From Cirrosporium novae-zelandiae (Eukaryota): a DNA stretch of 64,000 nucleotides. Made by a program: the position numbers and the translations under genes. The notes under the pieces were generated by a model, which saw only the letters and a program-made list of their open reading frames with translations, was not told the DNA's origin and ran no database searches. The DNA lies in the NCBI GenBank assembly GCA_026023565.1, contig JAPETS010000024.1:310001-374000 (forward strand), read 5' to 3'. This document shows positions 48,788 to 60,511 of the stretch, in pieces. How positions within the stretch are numbered: the first letter of the stretch is position 1; each line of letters begins with the position of its first letter.

Positions 48788-50311
48788 ATGCTACTTCCAT
48801 ACCTCAAGCTCACATTTAGGATCCTAAACGTAATAACCACCTTCTTCATTACCGCTGCCCACCACCGCCTAACCAGCATCTATCACCGCCTAACCTACCA
48901 CGCCCTTCCCCCAGAAAAATGCCGAAACATCCTTATTCTAGGCGGCTCCTTCGCGGGCCTCCAAGCTGCCCGGCTGCTCGCCCACTCAGTCCCAACCGGC
49001 CATCGGGTAATCCTCATTGAAAAGAACTCCCACTTCCACTGGACCTTTGCATTTCCCCGATACTCCGTCGTGCGCGGCCACGAAAGCACAGCATTCATCC
49101 CGTTCAGCGGAATTGCCGACGGCGCCCCGACAGGCGTGTTCACGCACGTGCAGGACAAGGCTACCTGTGTGCGAGACGACGTCGTAGAGCTGGCTTCTGG
49201 AGCTGTGATTCCCTATGAGTATCTTGCTATTGCGACGGGGACTGCGATGGGGCCCCCGGCGAGGGTGTTCGCGACGGAGAAGAAGGAGGGATGTGAGGAG
49301 CTAAAGCGCATGCAGAGGGTTATTGAGAAGGCGGAGAGGATCGCAGTTGTGGGGGGTGGGGCCGTAGGCGTGCAGCTTGCGTGTGATATTAAGTCGTACC
49401 ATCCGGGGAAGAGGGTTGTTCTCGTGCATTCAAGGGAGAAGCTTTTAAATCGGTTTGGGGACAGGCTGCATGCGTATGCGATCAAGGCGTTGCAGGAGCT
49501 AGGCGTGGAGGTCGTGTTGAGTGAGAGGCCTGAGATTCCGAAAGCGAATGTGGAGGGCGGGGGAAGTATAATCACGCCCACGACGATGACGTTGCACTTT
49601 AAATCAAATGGCAAGACTGAAACTTTCGATCTAATCGTACGTTTTTGCTTCTGTTCCTTTCTTCACTCTCTTTCGTCTTGGTCCGTCTAACCGTATCCTA
49701 GCTCCCATGCACGGGCTCCCCACCCCTCTCCTCCCCTCTAGCCCACCTATCACCCACCTCCATCTCCCCAACCACCTCTTCCATCCTCGTACACCCCACG
49801 CTCCAACTTCTTGATCCGCAATACCCGAACATCTTCGCCCTAGGCGATGTTGCGGAGACCGGGGGGGCCAAGTCAGCCATTGCTGGTATGACGCAGGCGG
49901 AGGTTGTGGCGGCGAATATTAGGACTTTGATTTCTAGAGAGCGGAGTGGGGAGGAGATGAAGGCGAGGATGAGGATGGCCCGAGGGGGTGGTAGTGTGGG
50001 GTTGAGGAGGTATCAACCCGGGTTTTTTGAGGGAATTTTGAAGTTGACTTTGGGGAAGGTATGTTTGACTTTTTCTATCCACCCATCCACTCATCCAACC
50101 ATATACACATATATCAACTAAACTAACCAATACCCCCCCACAAATTCAGAACCACACCGTCCTCTACATCCAAACCCAAGACGGTAAAGAATCCGGGTCT
50201 GAGTTCCTGAAGTCAGTTAAGGGGGGGCGTTGGCATAGGGATGATGGTGGGATGGACCTTGGGAGAGCGTGGAGGGAATTGGGTGTTAAGGTGGGGGATT
50301 TCAGTGCGTGA
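48788..50311 (+). CDS. AIF/AMID (FSP1-like) FAD/NAD(P)H oxidoreductase
   Basis: ILILGGSFAG, YEYLAIATG, AVVGGGAVGVQLA, LVHSR, PCTG, NIFALGDVA and LKLTLGK. Two introns; stop at 50309-50311. Confidence 0.9.
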
Positions 50312-50990
50312 GGTGTGGGGTTTGGATTTGGTTGGGTGTGGGGGGATGAAGGGGGGTGGAGTGGGGTTGGAAGAAAGGAGAGGGATGAATGGGCAAATAG
50401 AGTGTTTTTTATACACCTAGGTATATATCTTGCGTGTAAATCAACGAAATAACGCATTCTTAACTGTCTCTAGCTAAATTCCAAGTTCCACATCCGTCGT
50501 ATGTTTGAATAGATAGCCTTTGGCCTAAAATACGGTTTGTTTATTTTTCATCGCCCCGCTTCAGCTGACCCGGTGACCATGCATTGGTCCGTATTTGCAT
50601 CTCCTTACATATGCACCGTCCATCTGTGTACCTTAAATAAGTCCTGAATTAATACCCAAGGCACTCAGCCTTATTCCCCAATACCTGGGGTGCCATAAGA
50701 ACCTAAACCTCTACATAAGAGCCCAGACTCTAGGAAATTCGGATTGATATAGAATTCAAGAACTTTTTTTGATTCGTGATCCAAGTATTCCCCGATACGA
50801 CTTTGCTAACGATAAAACGGTCATTCATTTCAGTAAATGATTCGTCGACACATCAACCATCCAAACGTCACAGGTCAGCAACATCTATGTTGAACGCACT
50901 TCCACAGCGCACAGATGTTCATGAAACAATAATATCGAAGGCCCCTTAGGCGCCCTCGTACTATGAAGTGGCAGGAAGTTAGAGATGGTG

Positions 50991-51025
50991 CTGGCACGCA
51001 CACTCTGGCACGCACACTCTGGCAC
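50991..51025. repeat. 14-bp tandem repeat CTGGCACGCACACT x2.5
   Basis: Read directly, about 110 bp upstream of the zinc-finger gene ATG. Confidence 0.85.
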
Positions 51026-51132
51026 TTCTATTGTTTATAACTTTTGAAGAAATTCTGTAAGAATTCTCGGTGAAATTTTGAAAGTTAGAGGAACTCTTCT
51101 ATATTCCAGATTTACCATACCCATCCTACCAA

Positions 51133-51645
51133 ATGTCTCACAACGGCAGAACATCCAGGGATATTATCTCTGCACAGTTATCTCCTGATAAGTTGAAGGA
51201 CGATCGAATTGAATGCTTAAACTGCGGCGCCACATTTCAGCGTCAAAAAGACTATCTCCGACATCTGAGGCCTTACATACGTTGCCCCAAAAGATACTGC
51301 AGCAGAGCATACCGTCGTGATAAACTTGTTCCTTTTTTGAAGCACATAAAGGATGAACATCCGGAACTCGATAAAGATGACATTGATCGCTATCTAGAAG
51401 GTATGACTGTTTCTTTTTTTATCCTAGCCCTTATTACATGTAGCAGCTGTTGAGGCAGGCTCTATTTTTGATATTAGCATGCTACAACTAACTGTTCATC
51501 ATGTGAGTTAATGCGCCCCATAGATTGGGCTTTTTGCGAGACTTGTAACGGATATGAACCAAGCTAATAGTCAACAGTATGGCGTGAGATCAACTGGAGT
51601 CCTCTCGATAACTTATGTCAAGGATTGCATGACCAACAACACTAA
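51133..51645 (+). CDS. Small C2H2-like zinc-finger protein, paralog 1 (possibly truncated)
   Basis: CLNC-x12-H, then CPKRYC-x14-H-x4-H. Intron 51401-51577. Exon 2 reads VWREINWSPLDNLCQGLHDQQH*. Confidence 0.65.
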
Positions 51646-52975
51646 GGTACTGAGGAGGGGGGGAGGGGGGTGCTAAGGATGCGAAGGCTGGAGACACGGC
51701 TAGTAGTGATACTGAAGGAGCAATAGAGGAATTTATCACTACGAACACATTACCAGCATGCTTTAATGTTCGTTGATGAAATTCTAGCGGTCTAGTGATG
51801 TTTAATGAGTTAAAAGGTGCCTCAAAATCCGAATATCGGAGAGCAGCAGGCGTTGCAAAAAGAATTTGGGAAATCTATCCCATCCTCTCAATTCTCGCTC
51901 CCGCGGGCATCATTTTAGCTGCAGTAGTTCTGACCCATGAACGTTTTTGATGCATTGAGATTTTCCCGTGCGACTTGCCAGATACAAAGTCATAGGGTTG
52001 CAACGTGGACCGCAGTGGTATGCTGGTTAGAAGTTCTGAGACTCGAAGATAATTAGAAAGCTAAACAAGGAGATGGAGAAGGGTGCAGTAAAACCAAACA
52101 AGGGTAATGTCAATAATGACTCAGTTGAGCCCGGTATTCTGGATAGACCAATGAAGTAACGAAACAAACCAGAGAACAGATAGCGAGGGGGGAAAGGAGA
52201 ACCCCTCGACGGCCCCTAAACAATAATAGCTACTCGAGTAAACAATCGAACGATAACGGTTCGCAGCCTTAATTTTATATCAAGAGGCACCCCTACTAGT
52301 GATAGCCATTGGTGCCAGTCTAGGAGATAGGTCCAAGTTTATCTCATATTCGACAGTTCTTGGGCTCACAGAAAGATGGTGATAGGTGTCCAAAGGGCCC
52401 TTGATCATACCCGCCACCCAACCATTCATCTGCGTGTAATGTACACAGATTCTCGGCCATCTAACATCAACAATTCTGCAAAACAACTCTTCACTTTAGA
52501 AGAAGCTCTCCATCTCTGATTAATTCTTGCCACCATACACGGTATCATGAGGATATTTTGACCACGTCAGAAGGTCCTATCTCATAAGCTTGAATTCAAT
52601 CGGAAATGTTAGCCTGTCTCCTGGCTGAGCAAGTCGCTTCGGTCCTAAGAGGGGTGTCAATGTACAGTACCCATGAAGGATGCGAAGAATATTTGTTAAA
52701 TCCCTTTACGAGTGGAATAGCAGGCCCTTGCTGCGCCCTATATACTAGGGTAATGATTAAAAACAGCTATTATGCGTCGTCCATGATGTATTTACTGATC
52801 GCCATTATCCGACTATAAGCATACTACCTTTTTCTAATTCCTGCAGATATCAATTTATTTCTAAAACAAAATATTTATCGTTCAGCTTTTACGGTACACT
52901 TATAGAGAAACCCCCGCTCTCAAACAAAGCAACTATTTTCCCAGTGTGACATATCTCTTCTTGATTTTCTTCAAG

Positions 52976-53814
52976 ATGTCGCACAGCCTCAACCAGTCAA
53001 CTTCACAATATTCGAGAACTTGTCAAACCTGCGAAACGACTTTCAGGACTGAAAGCGAGTTCCTTCATCACTTACAGCCATATATTCCCTGTCCCAAAAC
53101 ACATTGCCACGAACAATTCTGTGGGGACGAACGTAATGCCTTCATGCAACACGTCAGAGAACAACACCCTGAATTAATTGAAGGCCAGGTCGACAAATAC
53201 TGGATAAGTATGCTCTTAGCATTTCTTGTGTTCTCAACTCCAAGAAAATCACTCGAATATTCATTTTATTGTTTTTAAGAGGGCTAGCCTTATAGAACTA
53301 CATGCGATTGAACCGCTAATTCTATCTAGAGTGGCAATCTAGGCCGTGGAGTCCCATTAAGAATCTATGTGCTGTACAACGCAGCACGCATACACCCAAC
53401 AACAATATACAAGTCAGAGCAAACGGGCCGCAGGAAGTTCCGCTAAGTTCTCAGGCAAACTTGCAATACTCGAATCTGGTGGCCGTTGAGGGTCCTGGGC
53501 GGTCAACTACTGGTAGCACTCAGCACGCACGACATAATCGTTCGGAATATAGAGCTTTTCCTCCAAACTTAGACCCAAGCTTGCTATCTGACTTTAACAA
53601 CCTCATTCCCACTTTGGGCTATATGGGCTATCCAAACCCATCCCAAGAAAACGAACAGCCTCAAGCAGGAAACGAAACGTCTAGCTATGGTTTCAGAGAC
53701 AACAACGACAGCAACAACACAGGCGTTATTGCAGTCGGCTCTGGAAATGATGATGATGTGGACGCCAACTCCAATATCATTTTCGAGCAGTTCGTCATCT
53801 ATCCCGACCCATAA
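52976..53814 (+). CDS. C2H2-like zinc-finger protein, paralog 2
   Basis: CQTC-x12-H, then CPKTHC-x14-H-x4-H. Intron 53208-53329 joins in frame to KWQSRPWSPIKNLC and the ORF ending at 53814. Confidence 0.7.
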
Positions 53815-54440
53815 ATGGAGTATCCAGAGGATATTGGCAACGGCAACTATGCGCCAAATAGCGACAACATGTGGTATTGATTTATATAATTCTGATGATG
53901 AATTGCGAGGGCTATGGACCTATTAACGACACCACCATATTGAAAAATGAAATAGGGGGGTCGAGAGACGGTGAGATTAATTACCTGTATGCCAAGGAAC
54001 TTGGATTAACTGAAGGGGGCGTTTCTTACAAACATCATTAATTAGGCATGCGTCTAATTACTTATAGATGGATTCTCCCACAGCAACCTGTTCAGATTAT
54101 GACTGCAAGAAAAGAGAGAGAGGGATAGGGCTGCATGTAATAATGATGATGATGATGATGTTCAAAATCCCCAATTCAAGAAACCGGACTAAGCAACCTC
54201 AAACAGAGCTAGAGCTAGCTAGCCATATATCCCTTTAATATTGTAATATAATTGAAGTAGTGAGTGAATGAGTGTAGTGCAGTGTAGCATTTAAGCGGAC
54301 CCCCCCCCCCTATCCCTAAGTAAATAAGCAAGCAAAATATCACACAGGGGAATAAATGAATAAATGAGACATCGTTCATTATTCGCGACGATGATTTAAT
54401 CGAATGTGCCTGAGGCACCAACTACAACTACAACTACACA

Positions 54441-54465
54441 ACATTACATTACATTACATTACATT
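54441..54465. repeat. (ACATT)5 microsatellite within a simple-repeat-rich intergenic region
   Basis: Read directly. Confidence 0.9.
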
Positions 54466-55116
54466 ACACCAAGACTTACAAAAATCGAGAAAGAATGAAA
54501 TGAAATAAAATGAAGTTGGTAGATAATTAGCTATCTAGCTATCTAAACTATATAGGAAAGGATATAGGAAGGGATAGGATATTTGTAATTACAGCTGTTG
54601 GGTGTTGGGTGTTGGGTGTTGGATTGATTGAAACTTCTTCTCTTTTCTCTCTTTTCTGTATGGGTGGTTGGAGTTGGAGTTGGAGTTGGTTTATAAATGG
54701 TTGTGGATAGATAGATAGATAGGTCGGTTAGGTTGGTTGGTTGATTGTTAATCAGGAAAGAAGGAGAAAGGGAAAGGGAAAAAACGGAGATTTATAGCTT
54801 GGAATTGGAGTTGGGGTTGAAGTTGGGGATTAGGAATCTAGCGTATAATCATGCGTGTGTGAATTATATGTATAGTTATGTGTATGAAATAATCCAAAAA
54901 AAAAAAAAAAGATTAACTTTTCCTTCCTTTCTTCTACTATGAATTCCATCTCCCCCTAATCCTCTCCCCCAAACCCCCCATAATGCCATAATTCTGTAAT
55001 CAAAAAAATCCCATCATAAACTCCCCCCCTCCCCCCTCTCTCTCTCAAAAAAAAGGGGGGGAATAACTTTCTCTCTCTTTTTTTCTTTTTGTTGAGGTGG
55101 TAACTAGCTTAGTTGA

Positions 55117-57127
55117 CTAGTTGGCGAGTTTTTTGTTAGATTTTAGGCCAGATGATGACTTAGTCGGAGGAGGAGTTGGAGTAGGAGTTTCGGTTTTGCT
55201 TTGGTTCTGGTTCTGCACCTCGCCATTGCCCTTGTCCTCGGGTTTTAATCGGGAGACTAGGGCTACGATGTTAAAGTACATTTCCTTCATAGCTTGGGCC
55301 TAGTTCGTTCATCTGAGGTTAGTTATACCATATACCTATCTACACTACATATCCAAACACAAATACACATCACAATCAAAGAAATTTATTTTACTAACCG
55401 TATTCTCCTCAATAAAAACCCCAATCTCATCCGCATGATCCATCTGATCATTAGTGCCGAAATGGTAATACATCCCACGGACATTAGGATGATTGATGTC
55501 TGAGACCGGAAAAGCGCTAACGGGTTTGACGACGGAGTCGTCGGGACCACGCATGGACTCCGTGTTTACGATGCCGTCGTTCTGGTGCCAGTTTCCGAGA
55601 TTGGGGCCTAGGATGTCGGTTTGGTCCGAGGTGAGGTCTTGTCCGCCCATGGCGTATACGGTTGGGAGCATGATGGGGAAGACGTCCTTGCGAGGGAGGT
55701 AGTCGCCTGGGGGGGGTAGTTTGATGTTGTAGCCCATCTCGTGTAACAGTCTGTTTCCCACGTCCAAGGTGGCCCAACGGACGAGATCGCGGAGCCGGAC
55801 GAGGGAGGAGAGGATTGGCCATCCGACTGTGTTGGTGATGCCGTCTAGGATGCGGTCGATGACCCAGGCGCCAATGTTGACGAATGGGACCGAGTACAGC
55901 ACGCTGCGGATGAAGCTAACGAGCGGGATGGGGAAGGATTTTATGGCGGTGATGGTCCAGGGGGGCCAGTTGGAGGGGAAGGGAATCGTGGCGTGGAAGG
56001 ACAGGCTGAAGTAGTAGATGTGCGGGGAGGTGGGGATGGCTTTTTTATGCAGGTCGCTTACCCCCTCGATGCTGTTGTCGTAGAAGGCATTGTTTTTCGA
56101 TGCCAGCCAGCTCCATACAGGGCCGTCGCTATCTTCTAGGCGCGTGCGCATTTCTTGGAAGCTCTCGTTTCCTTGTCTGCAGATGCCCCAGTGGTCAAGC
56201 TGGAGGTCGTATAATCTGGCTTCGGGTGGGTTGTAGGATGCCGTCGCAAATAGTCTTCCTAGAAGCTTGATTATTAGATCTGTCGAATTCTGCATTTCGG
56301 CATTGGTGCTGGCCTGGCCGAAAAGGCGCACTGAGAGAAAATTCTGGATGACGTTTATGATTGTCGACCCCCTGTGCGGAGTTCCTAGGGTTGTTATTGA
56401 GACAGCCCAATTGTCTCTTCCCTTGATCCCGAAATATTCTAGATGATCTGGCGAGCCGCCACTCATCAAGTTAATCAGGCAGCGGATTGTAGTTCCACCC
56501 TGTGAGTGGCAGATGAAATGAGCCTTGGACTGTTCACTCCACTTCCAGTTGCGGTACTTTTTTGGTGATTTCGTGAACAGGATGGCCCGCTTTCGGCATT
56601 TCATATCATACCATTTTTTATCGGTAGTGACATCGTAAATATCGGGGCAGTGGATTGGATCCTTTTCAAAGTATGTGCCATAAGAAATATCCACATCGGG
56701 GGTGTCTCCCATTTCGTTGGTCGCAGGGTCAAAAATATTGAATCTTGAAGCCGTTAGACATATCTACGGGGCCATGACATAGCTCCTTGGTCATACTTTC
56801 CAATGGTAAGCTCCCTATACAGCTCACAGGCTCGTTCCCAGTTAGAAGAGAGCGGGCCAATTGGGGTGACAATGACAGTATATCCTTTATCCATCAATAG
56901 TTTGGGAATGCATTCTATACCACCCCAATAGTTGATGGTACCAAACAACGGCGAGCCCCAGCCAGCAAACCCAGGAACTTACAAAGGTTAAATTTGAAGT
57001 ATTAAATGTTAGAGATCTCACCTAATACAATTGGAACGGACTTATCGTCAGATGGACTGACTAAAGCTATCTGATTCGTTAGGTTTCGTAGGTTGACGAG
57101 TCCATCTGCGTCGTTGAGAGAGTCCAT
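55117..57127 (-). CDS. Alpha/beta-hydrolase lipase resembling Geobacillus/Staphylococcus lipases (family I.5/I.6-like)
   Basis: PIVL|VPGFAGWG, YWGG, IGPLSSNWERACELY, CHSQGG (Ser), TTLGTPHRGS, YDLQLDHWG, NDGIVNTESMRGP (Asp) and MDHADEIG (His). At least three introns. Confidence 0.88.
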
Positions 57128-57810
57128 TGTGCAGTGTAAATCTGATTAGTCCCTGTTAGTAAGCTGTGAAGCTAGGAGTGATAAAGAAATTCAAGTGACA
57201 GCAGTAAATCCAGCCATGGAGGAGGTCCATTTTATAATACTTAGCTTAAGACCCAGTGACTGAAGGGCTGAATCACCGGCTGAACTGCATCAGGCGATCA
57301 CTCCAATAGCAGTCAAAATTGACGGTGGGCCATGATTAGGTTCATTGATAACCTTTTTGTGGTATGTACGAGCTGCAGATGGGCGGCTTACGATTCTCTT
57401 AACTGTTAAAGGTGATATGTCAATTGATTAAAGGCCAGTCAAAGGTCTATCAAATTCGTGTAAAGGGGGCGCAAGTCTTCTGTAATTTTCTTGGCCAGTA
57501 AGACGAATCATGGAATCTATAGCCTTGCGAATACGAGAACACAAAAGTCATGGTCTCTTCACATTAGAGATATTAGATAGAAAATAAAAAGTAATAGTGT
57601 TGAACACTTGGTTGGAATTAGGCAACGAGGCATTAATGATTTTCACTAAAGGGAGGGTTTCTTTCAGCTCCAGTAACTTACGCCGAGGATACATTGTCGG
57701 TAAAATATTTAACTTCCAGTCACCGGCTAATTTTAAATATGACGTTGTGTTATATAACCTCAACTGGTTAGAATTTCATATTTAAGTATAAGTATTAGGT
57801 TAATGCCATG

Positions 57811-57838
57811 TTTGCATATGGACTAGTCCATATGCAAA
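57811..57838. repeat. Perfect 28-bp palindrome TTTGCATATGGACTAGTCCATATGCAAA
   Basis: Self-complementary by direct reading. Confidence 0.95.
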
Positions 57839-59162
57839 TATAAACAAACATAAAACATACACACCAAATTTCTGGACTGTGGGCAAACAAACCAAATCAT
57901 TTAACATGTTGAAGTTGAAGTTGAAGTTGAAGATTTCTGAAGTTGACATATTATATGCTTACATCACTAATGAGATTTTGCACCACCATTCAGCTGAAAT
58001 ATTCCAAGGTTTCTTGGAGATATAAGGACACAAGGCATAAGGCTTATCTAAGATGAATGGGAAGCCGAGTTCCATCGGATTGACCAAATCCCTATTCAGT
58101 TAATTGATCTCCACGTTGATTCACTGTCTTTGCATCGGTTGGATACCAGGATACCTGCGAGCCTTGTGTGCATATTGTTACCTAGGCAACCCGGCGAGTA
58201 GGAAACCCCCAACTCACCCTGAAGATAAAACCAACTCCAAACCTCAAACAGGGCTGATGTTCCCAGACTTATCAGGATCCTGTTTCTTATGGCGGGATTC
58301 AGCATCTACCTAATATGTCCAAAGAGGTCAGATTTCCTCGTGAAGAGGCTTCAGCCATCGGGATCAAGGTTTCAGCACGGGGATACGAGTAAGCCGTTGA
58401 TGACTTTCACGTGCGGCAGCTAATAATATAAGGGAGGGGATTTTTGCTCTTAAACTTCCGATATCCGTAATACGGCAACTGTCTTATAGCGACCTGCTTT
58501 CCAGACCTTAAATTCTGGACTGTAGTGTTGTGGTTAAGTTACACAAAGTCGATATACTTTGGGTGTAGCATTGAGTCAACTCAACTTTAACCGGCTTACA
58601 GTTTATCTATATATATCAAGCATTTCCTCACTCCTTTGACATCGGGATGTGGTCTGTTCTCGTTGAGCTAGCTACGGATATGACACCCCACGTAGGAAAC
58701 GAAAATGAATGTTCAACAAGGGAACCCCGCAATGTGGAGGGCAGATTCTCGGTATCGGATATGCACGATCGTCAGCGGGGGTTCTAGGATGAGCACACAA
58801 CAACGACCTTCTACTGCGAGATTCAGATATCTAGCAGACCAGCAAAGACTTGAACTTGTTTAAAGTGTGCACCAAATCAGTCGCTAGCGGAGTGGATCCT
58901 GTTAGTAAAATATATCCGAGATGCGGTTCGAAGTGTACTCAGTCTCCCTCCAAAGTTGAAATAAATCATTGGAAGCATCATCATCATGGCAGATGTGGCT
59001 TTTATCACAGAGTATATTCACTCTTCTTACTACTAGCGGAAGGATTTATTCAGGGAACAATTAATCTACACTTTCTTCAAAAATTTGCGTGGTAGTTATC
59101 CTAGCATTTCCACACGACCTAGTTTGATTACTTTTTTTAACACAGGTACTATACCTATACAG

Positions 59163-59609
59163 ATGTCGACCTTCACCCGTGATGACTTCCTCGCCTACAT
59201 CAAAGCATTCAATGCGCAAGACTACACCACCCAACACTCCTTCTACCACCCAGACGTAACCCTCTTCATCCCCGACGTCGGCACACTCGCCGGATCCAAA
59301 AGCATCCAGGAGCACTACAGGGACATCCACGCCTCCGCCGAGGAGACCATCGTACCCATCCTCCTCATGATCCAAGGCCCCAAAATCTTTTTCCAAATGA
59401 CAACCTACTTCACCTACAAGCACGACACGAACAACGCGGTCCACAACCTTCGCGTTCGTCGCGGGGATGTTGTTCGGGTTAATATCTGGGCGCTTTATGA
59501 TGTTGTGGATGGGAAGCTGAAGACGATCGTGTGTAATTTGTTGAATGTGGAGGTGCTGGGGAAGGTCAATGTGAAGAAATTTGTTAATCCTCCGAGGTCC
59601 TTGTTGTGA
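59163..59609 (+). CDS. SnoaL/NTF2-like small protein
   Basis: F-x2-YIKAFNAQDY..FYHPDVTL..LAGSKSIQEHY..YDVVDGKLKTI is the typical NTF2-like pattern. 148 aa. Confidence 0.75.
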   Translation: MSTFTRDDFLAYIKAFNAQDYTTQHSFYHPDVTLFIPDVGTLAGSKSIQEHYRDIHASAEETIVPILLMIQGPKIFFQMTTYFTYKHDTNNAVHNLRVRRGDVVRVNIWALYDVVDGKLKTIVCNLLNVEVLGKVNVKKFVNPPRSLL

Positions 59610-60511
59610 TGATGATGGATTAGGGTGAAAGTTGTGAGATGAGAAGGGGGAGGGGGGGGAGTGTTGCTGTGGCTATAGAATCTCAGGAGAACGTATGCTG
59701 CTGATATTAGTGACCGAATAAATGGCGAAAGCGGTAGCCAGCCACACTCAGGCTTCCAAGTATCTTACAATACACAATCCACAATATCAAGACACTAAAG
59801 CCCCTATTAACATCCCCCTCTCACCCTCCCTAACAATCCCAAACACCATAAAAAAAATCCCCACTACCCCAAATCAACTCCAGAACCTCTCTCTCTCTCT
59901 CAACAAAACCTAATAACCCCCCCCCCAAAAGAACAAAAGAAACATTCCCCTTGTATCTTGCAAGTTGTCCAGCCATCAACCCAAACCAAATCAAATATAT
60001 CTTTTACTACCACTTCAATTCAATTCCCTATCTTACCATTTTTCCTTATTTCCTTTCTCTCCTTGGTAGAATGAACGAACGAACGAATGAACACATAGTG
60101 ACTAAAAAAAAACAAAAAACAAAAATACCAAGTTATAAAAACCAACACCAACGCCAACGCAAAAGTCAGATATCTATTTTTATACCAGGTACCGATCTAC
60201 TATCCCTACACCTTTACCTAGAGTAGACCCGCAGCTAGTTGGGACTAAACCTAACATAAGTATTCATCTAAGTAAGTAAGGGTAAGAGTGAGAGGAAGAG
60301 AGGTTCGCAGAAATATTAAACGACGTTTTTTAATTCAAATCATCCATGTATGTATCGTACAGTACAATTACCATAACGCTACGCCACACCTTGCTATAAT
60401 TACTATGCTAATTATACTAGATCGTGTTTTCCATTCCCGCCTGGTTAAGCCATGTTAGTTAGAATAATAGATAGCCCAAGAAATTCCTATCCCCCTCTTC
60501 CAATCCAACAC

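Noticed and set aside
57548..57785. Overlapping 71-aa and 62-aa ORFs
   Set aside because: Non-ATG starts and no domain or intron support.
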